Assembly: GCA_002269645.1 (NCBI GenBank)
Contig: NIVC01000800.1
Coordinates: forward strand, 186,001-250,000
DNA from: Macrostomum lignano
Lineage: Eukaryota
Reading direction: 5' to 3'
DNA: 64,000 nucleotides
Part shown: one piece after another, positions 37,070 through 49,346 of the stretch
Numbering within the stretch: the first letter of the stretch is position 1
Layout: each line of letters begins with the position of its first letter
Notes under the pieces: model-generated
Seen by the model: the letters and a program-made list of their open reading frames with translations, nothing else
What the model was told of the DNA's origin: nothing
Database searches by the model: none
Made by a program: the position numbers and the translations under genes

Positions 37070-40000
37070 ATGTCCGATATTAATAACTCGCACGGAGTTG
37101 GCGAGGATCTGTACAGCGGCGGCGCCTTCGGGATCGTCAGCAGCGGCGGTGGCAGCGCAGCGGCGGCCCAGCTGTTCCCTCTTGTTGACGATGGTCGCGG
37201 CGGTGGCGAAGACTTCTTGACTCAGCAGCAGCAGCAGCAGCTGTTTTTGGACACCGGGCTGTCCGGCCTGAGTCTGGGCTCTGAGAAGTCCTTTGCTCAG
37301 CAGCAGCCGCAGATGTCTTCATCGTCTAGCAGTGCTCAACCATCTGCTCAAGCCATCGGCAGCAGCCGGTTTCTGTCCTTGGGCCTTCAGCTGCACGACA
37401 ACTATAGCTCGGCCTCGCCTGCCGGCGTCAGCAACGGCACCGACTTCCTGCTGCCGCCGGCTGCGTCGCCTTTCTGGTCTGACGCCGCTTCGCCGACTCG
37501 TCAGCCGCTGACTAACGGCACTGTCGGCGGGCTCCGGTCGCCTTCCAGTGTCGCTGGATTCGGGGGAGGCGGAGGCTACTCAAGCTGCTGCCACTGCCGG
37601 GCCTCTTGCAGTACTCAGGTACTGATTCACAATCTTTGCTCCTCTGTGACCTTGTTTGACATCTGTGGCCTTGACATCTGTGACCTTGTTTGGCATCTGT
37701 GACCTTGTTTGGCATCTGTGACCTTGTTTTACATCTGTGACCTTGTTTGGCATCTGTGACCTTGTTTGGCATCTGTGACCTTGTTTGGCATCTGTTGACC
37801 TTGTTTGGCATCTGTGACCTTGTTTGACATCTGTGACCTTGTTTGGCATCTGTGACCTTGTTTGGCATCTGTGACCTTGTTTGGCATCTGTGACCTTGTT
37901 TGGCATCTGTTGACCTTGTTTGGCATCTGTGACCTTGTTTGGCATCTGTTGACCTTGTTTGGCATCTGTGACCTTGTTTGACATCTGTGACCTTGTTTGG
38001 CATCTGTGACCTTGTTTAACATCTATAAACTTTATTTTTACGAGCTCAATTGCTAAAATCCAGGCTGATATTTGACCTCGTGTGACCTCTAGAAAACGCC
38101 TTTCCCATCCCGCAGTCGGTGTGCCCGTCTTGTCGCGAGCGCGTCTGTCCTGACTGTGTCGGCAGCGGCCGTCACTCCTCCCTCTGCTCCGGGCCGGTGG
38201 CCGCCACCTCCAGTCGCCTCGTACCGCTTGCAGCGGCTGCGGCCGCGGCGGCGGCGCCCTCTCCGACCCCGCCGTCGGCCGCCGGTCCGGGTAGCCCGAG
38301 CGCCGGCGCCAGCAAGCGGCCGCTGCTGCCGCCGTGGAGCCGGCAGGTCGGCGGCGCGGGCCAGCCGGCTGTATCGGGCGCCATCGAGCGGCTGGAGCAG
38401 AAGGAGAACAGCGTCGCCGCCCAGTACGACGAGGTCGCCCAGCGGGTGCGGGCGCACTTCAGGCAGCTGCGCGACCTGGTTGCCGAGCGGGAGAGTCAGC
38501 TCGCGTCTGCCCTTCTGCAGGTCAAGACCCTGAAACTGGCCACCCTTCAGGAGCAGCGGGCCGCCCTCATGGAGGCTGGGGCCGGAGCCGATCTCACCTA
38601 CCTGCTGCAGGTGCGGCTGGTTGGATGCCTCATTGCATTTGGCTTTTGTGCCTTTGATCTTCCTAAGAACTGTCCATCTAATTCCTGACCCCCGTGACCC
38701 CCCTATCCTGAAGTCTGACCTCCCCTGAACTGTCCATCTATTACCTGACCCCCGTGACCCCCCTATCCTGAAGTCTGACCTCCCCTGAACTGTCCATCTA
38801 GTACCTGACCCCTTGATCCCCCTATCCTAAAGTTTGACCTCCCCTGAACTGTCTATCTAATATCTGGCCCCAATGACCCCTCCCCATATTCTCAAGTTTC
38901 ACCTCCCCCGAACCTCAAATCTGTCAGTCTGATTTCCATGACCTTAAGCAGTCAATCTGACTCCTGCTGACCCCCCTCAGCCGTGGGAGGACGAGCGCCT
39001 GTTCTCGGTGCAGCCGCCGCTGGACTTGGCCCGGCTGGTGCGCACCAGCTGCGCAGTGTACAGCAGCGCCTGCGCCCAGTTCTGCCGCCTGGCCCTGGCC
39101 AACGGCGACAAGGCCTTCGTTGGCAAGCCGTTCGCCTTCCGCCTGCTGGTGTTCGACCACCTGCGCCAGCCCTGCACCGTGTCGGCCAATGAAATTGATT
39201 TGCACCTGAGATTGGACTGCGCCGATGCAGCCGCTCTCAATCCCTACGGCCAGGTGCAGCCGCTGAGCTTTCCGGGACAGTACCAGGTGCGGGCGCTTCC
39301 TAATTAACCTATTCACTAGGAAATCTCATAATTCACTAGGAAATCCCGTAATTCACCAGGAAATCCCATAGTTCACCAGAAAATCCCATAATTCACCAGG
39401 AAGTCCCATAGTTCACCAGGAAATCCCATAATTCACCAGGAAATCCCATAATTCACCAGGAAGTCCCATAGTTCACCAGGAAATCCCATAATTCACCAGG
39501 AAATCCCATAGTTCACCAGGAAATCCCATAATTCACCAAGAAATCCCATAATTCACCAGGAAATCCCATAATTCACCAAGAAATCCCACAATTCATTAGG
39601 AAATCCCATAATTCACCAGGAAATCCCATAATTAACGGAAAATCCCATAATTTTCAGGGAAATCCGATAACTCACCAGGAAATCCCATAATTAACGGAAA
39701 ATCCCATAATTTTCAGGGAAATCCGATAACTCACCAGGAAATCCCATAATTAACGGAAAATCCCATAATTTTCAGGGAAATCCGATAACTCACCAGGAAA
39801 TCCCATAATTCACCAGGAAATCCCATAATTTTCCAAGAAATCCCATAGTTTGCCTAAAAACCCAGTCGCTAATCACTGGAAATCCCACAGAAAATTTATA
39901 AATCCCACTTCAATCCCCAAAATTACTCCCCGTCCGCAGGTGACGCTGGTGCCGGAGCGGCCCGGCCGGATCACCGTCAACCTGCGGCTCCGCGGCCGCC

Positions 40001-43000
40001 ACGTGCCCGGCTCGCCCTTCGTCCTGCCGGCCCTGGAGGCCCGCGACTACGCCCAGCTGGGCTCGGACGTTCGCGTCATCGGTCGTCAAGGCGACGGCGA
40101 TCTGGAATTCAACCGGCCTTGGGGCATCTGCGCCGACAATGCGGACAACCTGGTGATCGCGGACCGGTCCAACAACCAGATCAAGATTGTGCACAGCTCC
40201 GGCAGCTTCCTGCGAAAGTTCGGCCAGCGTGGCGAGGGGCCCGGCGAGTTCAACCGGCCCGCAGGCGTCTGTCTCGGCTCCGACAAAAGAATCTACGTTG
40301 CCGACAAGGATAACCACCGGGTTCAGGTGCGCCCGGCCTTTGGCGTCTGAGCATACAGGACTGAAGCTCTCCCGGACTTGATCCTTTCCATTTGATCCTT
40401 CACTATGCTTCTCCTGAACTATGCTTCTCCTGAACCTTCAGGACACCATGCTTCTCCTGAACCATGCTTCTCCTGAACCTTCAGAACACCATGCTTCTCC
40501 TGAACCTTCAGGACACCATGCTTCTCCTGAACCATGCTTCCCCTGAACCTTCAGGACACCATGCTTCTCCTGAACCATGCTTCTCCTGAACCTTCAGAAC
40601 ACCATGCTTCTCCTGAACCTTCAGGACACCATGCTTCTCCTGAACCATGCTTCCCCTGAACCTTCAGGACACCATGCTTCTCCTGAACCATGCTTCTCCT
40701 GAACCTTCAGGACACTATGCTTCTCCTGAACCATGCTTCCCCTGAACCTTCAGTACACCATGCTTCTCCTGAACCATGCTTCTCCTGAACCATGCTTCTC
40801 CTGAACCTTCAGGACACCATGCTTCTCCTGAACCATGCTTCCCCTGAACCTTCAGGACACCATGCTTCTCCTGAACCTTCAGTACACCATGCTTCTCCTG
40901 AACCATGCTTCTCCTGAACCATGCTTCCCCTGAACCTTCAGTACACCATGCTTCTCCTGAACCATGCTTCTCCTGAACCATGCTTCTCCTGAACCTTCAG
41001 GACACCATGCTTCTCCTGAACCATGCTTCCCCTGAACCTTCAGGACACCATGCTTCTCCTGAACCTTTAGGACACCATGCTTCTCCTGAACCATGCTTCT
41101 CCTGAACCTTCAGGACACCATGCTTCTCCTGAACCATGCTTCTCCTGAACCTTCAGGACACTATGCTTCTCCTGAACCATGCTTCCCCTGAACCTTCAGG
41201 ACACCATGCTTCTCCTGAACCTTCAGGACACCATGCTTCTCCTGAACCATGCTTCTCCTGAACCTTCAGGACACCATGCTTCTCCTGAACCATGCTTCTC
41301 CTGAACCATGCTTCTCCTGAACCTTCAGGACACCATGCTTCTTCTGAACCATGCTTCTCCTGAACCTTCAGGACACCATGCTTCTCCTGAACCTTCAGGA
41401 CACTGTGATTCTCTTGAATCTTCAGGAAACCATGCTTCTCTTGAACCTTCAGGACACCATGCTACTCATGAACCTTCAGGACGCCATGCTACTCCTGAAC
41501 CTTCAGGACACCGTAATGCTTTTTACGAATATCTCCTAATATTTCCACCTTTTTCACCTTCTGGTCAATATTTTCGCCTGAACCTTCAGGCCAGTATTTT
41601 CGCCTGAACCTTCAGGCCAGTATTTCCACCTGAACCTTCAGGCCAATATTTCCACCTGAACCTTCAGGCCAATATTTTCACCTGAACCTTCAGGCCAATA
41701 TTTCCACCTGAACCTTCAGGCCAAAATTTCCACCTGAACCTTCAGGCCCAACCCTTTCCGCACACCTTCAAGCTTGAGTCCCCTCGCCGGCCTCACCGCA
41801 GGTGTTCACGTGGACCGGGCAGTTCATCCGCGTGTTCGGCAAGCAGGGCAAGGGCCCGGGCGAGTTCAACTATCCCTGGGATCTGGCTGTGGGCAAGGCC
41901 GGCCGTCTGGCCGTGGCAGACTCTCGCAACCACCGCATCCAGCTGTTCTCGGAGGATGGCGATTACGTCACCGAGTTCTCCATCGCCCGCAGCCCCGGCT
42001 TTGCCGGAATCAAAAGCTTTGACTGCCGAGGGGCATCGTGTTCACCTCCTCTGGCCAGCTGCTGTGCACCGACTTCAATCTGCATCGCTTCCTGGTGATT
42101 GAGTCCGACTTCTCCCAGGTCAGGTTCATGGGCGTCGAAGGCCAGGGGCCTGGCCAGTTTTGCCGTCCTCAGGTCAGTGCTTGCCGTTTCATTATTTTTT
42201 TATTCAAATATTCCATTAAAATCCCCAAATCCCCAGTTTTATTTTTAGAAATCCCGAAATTCCCTGATTCTAAAATATCCTAAATCCATAGTTATAATTA
42301 ATATCCCCAGATCTCCAGATTCTAAAAAATCCCCAAATCCATGGTTATAAAAAATCCTAATCTCCAGACTCCAAAAATCCCTAAATTCATCGCTGATTTT
42401 AAAAGATCCCAAATCCAAAGTTATAATTAAAATCCCCAAATCCCCCGAATTCATAGAGTAAAAAATCCCAAATCCCTCGATTCTAAAAAATCCCTAATCC
42501 AGTTATAAAAAATCCCAAATCCCCATATTTTTTTAAAATCTTAAATTCCCATATATATCAAAAATCCCAAATCCCCATACTTATAAAAAATCCCTAATTC
42601 CCCATCCCCTATCATTTATCAAAAATCCAAAAAAACTAAATTTAGTTTTATTAAAAATCCCCAAATCCCCATATTTATCAAAAATTCCCAAATCCCCATA
42701 TTTATCAAAAATCCCCAAATCCCCATATTTATTAAAAATCCCCATATCCCCATATTTATCAAAAATCCCCAAATCCCCATATTTATCAAAAATCCCCATA
42801 TCCCCATATTTATCAAAAATCCCCATATCCCCATATTTATCAAAAATCCCCAAATCCCCATATTTATTAAAAATACTAACAATGTCCCAAGTTATCCACA
42901 AATTCTTTTCTTATGAAATCCCTAAATCTCTAGTTTCAAAAAATTCCCCAATCTCCATTTTTATGCAATCCCCAAATCCCCCAGGGCATCGCCGTGGACC

Positions 43001-43197
43001 TCGAGGGCAACATCATCATCTGCGAGGCGCGCAACCACCGGCTGCAGATTTTGAATTCGCGCGGCGCCTTCGTCCGCGCCTTCGGCTCCAACGGCAGCAA
43101 AATCGGCCAGCTGAACCGGCCAGCCTGCGTGTGCGTGCTGAGCACCGGCCAGCTGGCCGTTGTGGACTCGGAGAATCACCGAGTCCTGCTGCTCTGA
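37070..43197 (+). CDS. TRIM71: TRIM71/LIN-41-like NHL-repeat RNA-binding protein (B-box, coiled coil, filamin, NHL x6; no RING seen), about 773 aa
   Basis: Exons 37070-37618, 38116-38610, 38981-39286, 39940-40326, 41802-42172 and 42985-43197, all phase 0. B-box spans the exon 1/2 junction (CHC...CPSCRERVCPDC...H). Filamin (HVPGSPF). NHL repeats EFNRPWGI, ADRSNNQI, FNRPAGV, VADKDNHRVQVF, GEFNYPWDLAV, DSRNHRIQLF, FCRPQGIAVD match lin-41/TRIM71 diagnostic repeats as recalled. One 1-nt frame break at about 42026. Confidence 0.9.
37640..38022. repeat. 19/20-bp minisatellite (ctgtgaccttgtttggcat), TRIM71 intron 1
   Basis: Direct reading. Confidence 0.95.
38665..38900. repeat. 60-bp tandem repeat, TRIM71 intron 2
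   Basis: Period 38701 to 38761; 3-4 copies. Confidence 0.88.
39310..39850. repeat. 20-bp minisatellite (aaatcccataattcaccagg), TRIM71 intron 3
   Basis: Direct reading. Confidence 0.93.
40400..41515. repeat. Composite minisatellite of 16-bp (ccatgcttctcctgaa) and 11-bp (ccttcaggaca) modules, TRIM71 intron 4
   Basis: Modules combine into 16-, 27- and 43-bp units. Confidence 0.95.
41560..41750. repeat. 26-bp minisatellite (ttccacctgaaccttcaggccaatat), TRIM71 intron 4
   Basis: Direct reading; shares cctgaaccttcagg with the upstream array. Confidence 0.92.
42220..42870. repeat. 27-bp minisatellite (aaaaatccccaaatccccatatttatc) with degenerate 5' part, TRIM71 intron 5
   Basis: Direct reading. 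Confidence 0.88.
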
Positions 43198-43506
43198 GCT
43201 GCCTGTCTTTTCCAGCATTCGCTGCTCAACTTCAGGGATTTTTTATTGCTGCTGCTATCAGGCTTGATTTTGGATTCACTTGAGCTTTGATTCGCTCTCT
43301 CCTTGCTGCACCAAACCCGAACCCAAAGTTAAGCAGAGTTGGCATAGGTTAGTATCAGTTTTGTTACAAAAGCTTCAAAGTTGACCTCAAATGACCTCAG
43401 AGCTAAGTTTGAGTGGTGCAGCCGGGATTGAGTTCGTGCTGGTAGTTCTCAGCTAGCTGGGCCAGATAGAAGCCGTCATCTTGTTGTTCCTGCTTCGGCT
43501 TACCGA

Positions 43507-43514
43507 CTACCTCA
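43507..43514 (+). promoter_or_regulatory. let-7 8mer seed-match site (CTACCTCA) in the putative TRIM71/lin-41 3' UTR
   Basis: Lies 310 nt after the stop. 43502-43514 (ACCGACTACCTCA) matches 12/13 of the let-7 complement (ACCTACTACCTCA). lin-41/TRIM71 is the canonical let-7 target. Confidence 0.65.
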
Positions 43515-44029
43515 AGCAGACGAAGTCATTTCTTATCGCTACAAAAATCCGCTCTGTTTTGGTAAATTTTTTCTGGCTTTGCTCCATATTGGCGCATGAC
43601 ACTACTCTGTTAATAGCAGTAGTATCGTCGAGTGTGTAAAATTAAAGCCATCAATAATAGTTAATTTATTATTTATAATTCTGAATTGCTTTTTCGCTTT
43701 TACCAAATAGTTGTTTAATTTTGTGAATGCGCGAGACACTCAGGGCGCTCTGACATTATCATCATCAATACTTTGACGAATTTGAGCTTGGATTTCGGCT
43801 GGGACCTGCTATTGCTGACTGAGCATGCGTGTTTTCCTAATTATGCCCAGCGCACATCTTTCAGTGTCTGAGTTGCCAAACATCATTTAGAATTTCAAAT
43901 TCAACAATTAGGCTTGATTTATTTGTTTAACTGTTTGCGCCTCTGATCACGGAACCCCCTGATGTTTTACTGCCTGTGTTTTGTTTGTTTTGCCTCTGGC
44001 GAAAGTTTTTTAAACACGGGCTTATGCAA

Positions 44030-44285
44030 CTGGGCTTAGTCATTTGAATGCGGGCTTAGTCGTTTGAATGCGGGCTTACTTTTGAGCTTAGTCATTTGAA
44101 TTCGGGCTTAGTCATCGGCTTAGTCATTTGAATTCGGGCTTAGTCATCGGCTTAGTCATTTGAATGCGGGCTTAGTCATCGGCTTAGTCATTTGAATGCG
44201 GGCTTAGTCATCGGCTTAGTCATTTGAATGCGGGCTACTCATAGGCTTATTCATTGAGTGCGGGCTTACTCATCGGCTTAGTCAT
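44030..44285. repeat. Short-unit repeat (cggcttagtcatttgaatgcgggcttagtcat)
   Basis: Direct reading. Confidence 0.88.
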
Positions 44286-45017
44286 CCAGTAAAACACATG
44301 GTCTCATATGGTTAACCCAGCTGTGTTTGCTTAACTCGTGTTTCAGAAACCCCATAGCAGTGCCGCGTTTCATAATTCATTACCCCATTGCCAATGATAC
44401 TACTTATACCGCCGCTGAGCGTCAGTAGTCACTAGAGCGATTGATTCTATTTTGCTGTAATCATAAATTTAAGCGCCCAATAATCCGTTTAGATTCCTTC
44501 ATAGGTGCGCAGGTTCGACATGAATAATCACTATCATCATCATTATTATCATTGTTTGTGTTACCCACTATTTTGCTAATGCTCCAATGTACAACATTGA
44601 TCAGGTATGCCTATTGTGCATTAAGATTCCTGTTCGCTATTGTGCTCAACACAACAATAAGCGGCAGGTCTAATCAGGCCTATTGTGTTTTTTATTTATT
44701 TTCACACACATTTTTTGCCACAGAGGGACTTATTTTGTGCTTTAACCGCGCTGTGGTCTGCCAGACTATCAGGGACCGCTTGTCTGCTGCTCTTGAGCAG
44801 AGTTCTACCTTTTTCATTTGTGCTTTGCCGCTCTGATTTTTTGTACACGTTTGCGCACTATACTACTTCCCGTTTTATTAAGTAGCTTGAATTCCTTCGA
44901 TTGTCTGTAAAACAAATCGTTTTTTTGTTATATTTTGCATGCTCTTGTTTTTTTGACTCTCCGTGCTGATTTCCGTATCAGGGACTTGCTGAGGTTGAGC
45001 TCGCTAGTGAGATCACT

Positions 45018-46346
45018 TTAGAGCTGATTCTGAGGCCTGTTTGGAGCTGATTCTGAGGCCTGTTTGGAGCTGATTCTGAGGGCTGTTTATTGTCTGATTC
45101 TGAGGCCTGTTTATTGCCTGATTCTGAGGTCTGTTTATTGTCTGATTCTGAGGCCTGTTTGGAGCTGATTCTGAGGCCTGTTTGGAGCTGATTCTGAGGC
45201 CTGTTTGGAGCTGATTCTGAGGTCTATTTATTGTCTGATTCTGAGGCCTGTTTGGAGCTGATTCTGAGGTCTGTTTATTGTCTGATTCTGAGGCCTGTTT
45301 GGAGCTGATTCTGAGGTCTGTTTATTGTCTGATTCTGAGGCCTGTTTGGAGCTGATTCTGAGGCCTGTTTGGAGCTGATTCTGAGGCCTGTTTATTGCCT
45401 GATTCTGAGGTCTGTTTATTGTCTGATTCTGAGGCCTGTTTGGAGCTGATTCTGAGGCCTGTTTATTGCCTGATTCTGAGGCCTGTTTATTGCCTGATTC
45501 TGAGGCCTGTTTGGAGCTGATTCTGAGGCCTGTTTGGAGCTGATTCTGAGGCCTGTTTGGAGCTGATTCTGAGGCCTGTTTATTGCCTGATTCTGAGGCC
45601 TGTTTGGAGCTGATTCTGAGGCCTGTTTATTGCCTGATTCTGAGGCCTGTTTGGAGCTGATTCTGAGGCCTGTTTGGAGCTGATTCTGAGGCCTGTTTAT
45701 TGCCTGATTCTGAGGTCTGTTTATTGTCTGATTCTGAGGCCTGTTTGGAGCTGATTCTGAGGCCTGTTTATTGCCTGATTCTGAGGCCTGTTTATTGCCT
45801 GATTCTGAGGCCTGTTTATTGCCTGATTCTGAGGCCTGTTTGGAGCTGATTCTGAGGCCTGTTTGGAGCTGATTCTGAGGCCTGTTTATTGCCTGATTCT
45901 GAGGTCTGTTTATTGTCTGATTCTGAGGCCTGTTTGGAGCTGATTCTGAGGCCTGTTTGGAGCTGATTCTGAGGCCTGTTTGGAGCTGATTCTGAGGCCT
46001 GTTTATTGCCTGATTCTGAGGCCTGTTTATTGCCTGATTCTGAGGCCTGTTTGGAGCTGATTCTGAGGCCTGTTTATTGCCTGATTCTGAGGTCTGTTTA
46101 TTGCCTGATTCTGAGGCCTGTTTATTGCCTGATTCTGAGGCCTGTTTGGAGCTGATTCTGAGGCCTGTTTATTGCCTGATTCTGAGGTCTGTTTATTGTC
46201 TGATTCTGTGGCCTGTTTGGAGCTGATTCTGAGGCCTGTTTGGAGCTGATTCTGAGGCCTGTTTATTGCCTGATTCTGAGGCCTGTTTATTGCCTGATTC
46301 TGAGGCCTGTTTATTGCCTGATTCTGAGGCCTGTTTATTGCCTGAT
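45018..46346. repeat. 23/24-bp minisatellite (ctgattctgaggcctgtttggag / ctgattctgaggcctgtttattgc), about 1.3 kb
   Basis: About 56 copies of 2-3 interspersed variants. Confidence 0.97.
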
Positions 46347-47014
46347 TCCGATGTTCAAAGACCTGAGGAAAAAATTTAACGCTCACTGGCTGCGACTCGC
46401 CCGGCACGCCTTTGTCGCAGTTTTTGACAAAGAAAATGGCTTGAATTTATAAAAATTATTGCTTATTCTGCTATCTTTTATTCTGTATGTACCCACTTGT
46501 TGATTCTGTTTATTTTTTCCTTGTTTGTTTGGCCGCGTGTTCCAAGCCTCTCATTAACAAGCTTCAGTTATTTCTAACAGAAGACACAAATCATGGCAAC
46601 ACCGTCATATCAACCGCACCTGCAGTGAGTCGTGTTTTGTCCTGACAAGTTCACTTTTTTGTAAATATGAGCTGTTCTCAAGTTTCGCCTCGCTTTCAAA
46701 GTGTCATTAAAGTGAGTTCCTTTGAAGCGGCCTGCATCTAATAATGTATGCTAGTAGTACTAATGACATTAACCAAAGCTAATTCAGAAATCAGGGACGC
46801 ATCGCAGACATTGTGACTGATTTTTTCCCATCCTAATCTTCCTTGGCTCGCGCGTAAGCTTCAAGCTGGACGGGTATCTGAAATGCTCTCAATGCTACCC
46901 TGTAGTTTCACCATCGCCTGTTGCTAACAACTCTTTGTTCTGTATTCGGCCTTTGTTTCCGTTGCTCGTGTTATTTGTTTTCCATTGCTAATGTGCTCGA
47001 TTTTACTTGACTAC

Positions 47015-48162
47015 TATCCCAATCGGGATGCTGAGATCCCATAGCTAATTAATATTTATCCCAATCGGGATGCTGAGATCCCATAGCTAATTAATAGTTA
47101 TCCCAATCGGGATGCTGAGATCCCATAGCTAATTAATATTTATCCCAATCGGGATGCTGAGATCCCATAGCTAATTAATAGTTATCCCAATCGGGATGCT
47201 GAGATCCCATAGCTAATTAATAGTTATCCCAATCGGGATGCTGAGATCCCATAGCTAATTAATATTTATCCCAATCGGGATGCTGAGATCCCATAGCTAA
47301 TTAATAGTTATCCCAATCGGGATGCTGAGATCCCATAGCTAATTAATATTTATCCCAATCGGGATGCTGAGATCCCATAGCTAATTAATATTTATCCCAA
47401 TCGGGATGCTGAGATCCCATAGCTAATTAATATTTATCCCAATCGGGATGCTGAGATCCCATAGCTAATTAATAGTTATCCCAATCGGGATGCTGAGATC
47501 CCATAGCTAATTAATATTTATCCCAATCGGGATGCTGAGATCCCATAGCTAATTAATAGTTATCCCAATCGGGATGCTGAGATCCCATAGCTAATTAATA
47601 GTTATCCCAATCGGGATGCTGAGATCCCATAGCTAATTAATAGTTATCCCAATCGGGATGCTGAGATCCCATAGCTAATTAATATTTATCCCAATCGGGA
47701 TGCTGAGATCCCATAGCTAATTAATATTTATCCCAATCGGGATGCTGAGATCCCATAGCTAATTAATAGTTATCCCAATCGGGATGCTGAGATCCCATAG
47801 CTAATTAATATTTATCCCAATCGGGATGCTGAGATCCCATAGCTAATTAATAGTTATCCCAATCGGGATGCTGAGATCCCATAGCTAATTAATAGTTATC
47901 CCAATCGGGATGCTGAGATCCCATAGCTAATTAATAGTTATCCCAATCGGGATGCTGAGATCCTATAGCTAATGAATAATTATCCCAATCGGGTACTGAG
48001 ATTCCATAGCTAATTAATAGTTATCCCAATCGGGATGCTGAGATCCCGTAGCTAATTAATAGTTATCCCAATCGGGATGCTGAGATCCCATAGCTAATTA
48101 ATAGTTATCCCAATCGGGATGCTGAGATCCCATAGCTAATGAATAATTATCCCAATCGGGAA
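47015..48162. repeat. 42-bp highly homogeneous tandem repeat (tatcccaatcgggatgctgagatcccatagctaattaatat/agt)
   Basis: About 27 copies; period 47015 to 47057; two variants differing at one base. Confidence 0.98.
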
Positions 48163-48985
48163 TATGATGTCCACTATTATTAATCCCGCCAAGCATATCA
48201 CTTACAGCCTAGGTTTTTACTCCTAAAAGCTGTTTTGCTATTCTAATGTGCTTACCCTATAATCGTATTGAATCGAACTAATTGACTACACGCAGCTTCT
48301 TGCTCATGAAAACTGCTTCGGCTGCCTAGTTTCACTCCTAGCGTAATTTCGTATTTGATTATTTATACTTATTAATTTTTATAGACAGATGCCCATTATT
48401 CTGGCGGCGTTTCGCCGCTTCGCTGCCAAACAGCAAATCCTAGCATACTTTTTTCGTTTTGTTTCAATTTGAATTTAATTAATGATATCATATTTTATAT
48501 TTTTTCACTAAAAAGCTAGAAAAGGCTTGAAAGTTTTTGTCTAACAACCATTTGTCTGTTTAATTATTTAATGTTTGTTTGTTCTATTTTTCGCGTTCCC
48601 GCATCCGCTAATTTCTAACTTATTTGTTTCCTTCTGCCCTATTCTATTAACCATCGCGCTGGTTTACTCGACTTAGCTAACTAAATAAATCATATATATT
48701 TGATTCAATCGCTCCGCTATTTTCTCTCTTGAGATATAAAACTAATCAAAAAGTTCGCGTATTCGTCTGCTTTTGTTGGGATTATTTCTAGAAACAAAGC
48801 GTGCTGTGCGTTTGAAACGAACTACTAGTTGTGTGTAGTCGCAAGGGGAGTGGCAGAAGCAGTTGTAGTTGTAGTACGCTACATTACGTGCAAGTCTCTA
48901 CATAAAATCCTTTATTTCAGCGCAAAAGCGTTATTTAGATACTCGTAATGTTTGGTTTACGTGAATATTGAATAATTATTTATGT

Positions 48986-49346
48986 TTTTTTTAGAGGCAG
49001 GGGGGTTGTGTGCACCCTGACGCACTTTAAGCGACATAGGCACACAACCGGCGAGAGGCATTACTGCCCATTCCGCCGACTCCCCTGAGCAGGCATACAA
49101 GCGCGGATACGTACGCAGGCACACACTCACACAGGAGTGTACAGCGGACCTACTTTATATTATCGTTAGGCATGTACACTTCACTGCGCCTTGGGGGGGG
49201 GGGGGGGGGGTTAGCTCTCAAGGCCGTTAATTGCACGAGCAGAGCCAAGCCGAGATTCCAATTCAGCCCCAAATTAATGTGACTGCACTTGGAATCGAGC
49301 CTGGGTCGCTGGCACACCAGAGCAGCTGAGCTACGCCCCCCCCCCC
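48986..49346 (-). mobile_element. tRNA-derived SINE, about 360 bp
   Basis: 12-bp TSD AATTATTTATGT (48974-48985 and 49347-49358); short poly(A) tail on the minus strand (T7 at 48986). The 5' end GGGGGCGTAGCTCAGCTG is tRNA-like with an A box; B-box-like GGCTCGATTCC at 49291-49301. Confidence 0.85.

Larger units (their letters stand above)
43232..44984 (+). promoter_or_regulatory. Cluster of lin-4/miR-125 seed matches downstream of TRIM71
   Basis: TCAGGGA at 43232, 44769 and 44978 (also 46791); CTCAGGG at 43739. Confidence 0.45.

Noticed and set aside
47015-48162. CRISPR-like array of palindromic 42-bp repeats
   Set aside because: Repeats are directly adjacent with no unique spacers, there are no cas genes, and the context is eukaryotic.
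49290-49346. tRNA gene
   Set aside because: Only A/B boxes and a tRNA-like 5' end; no full cloverleaf; flanked by a TSD and poly(A), so called as a SINE.
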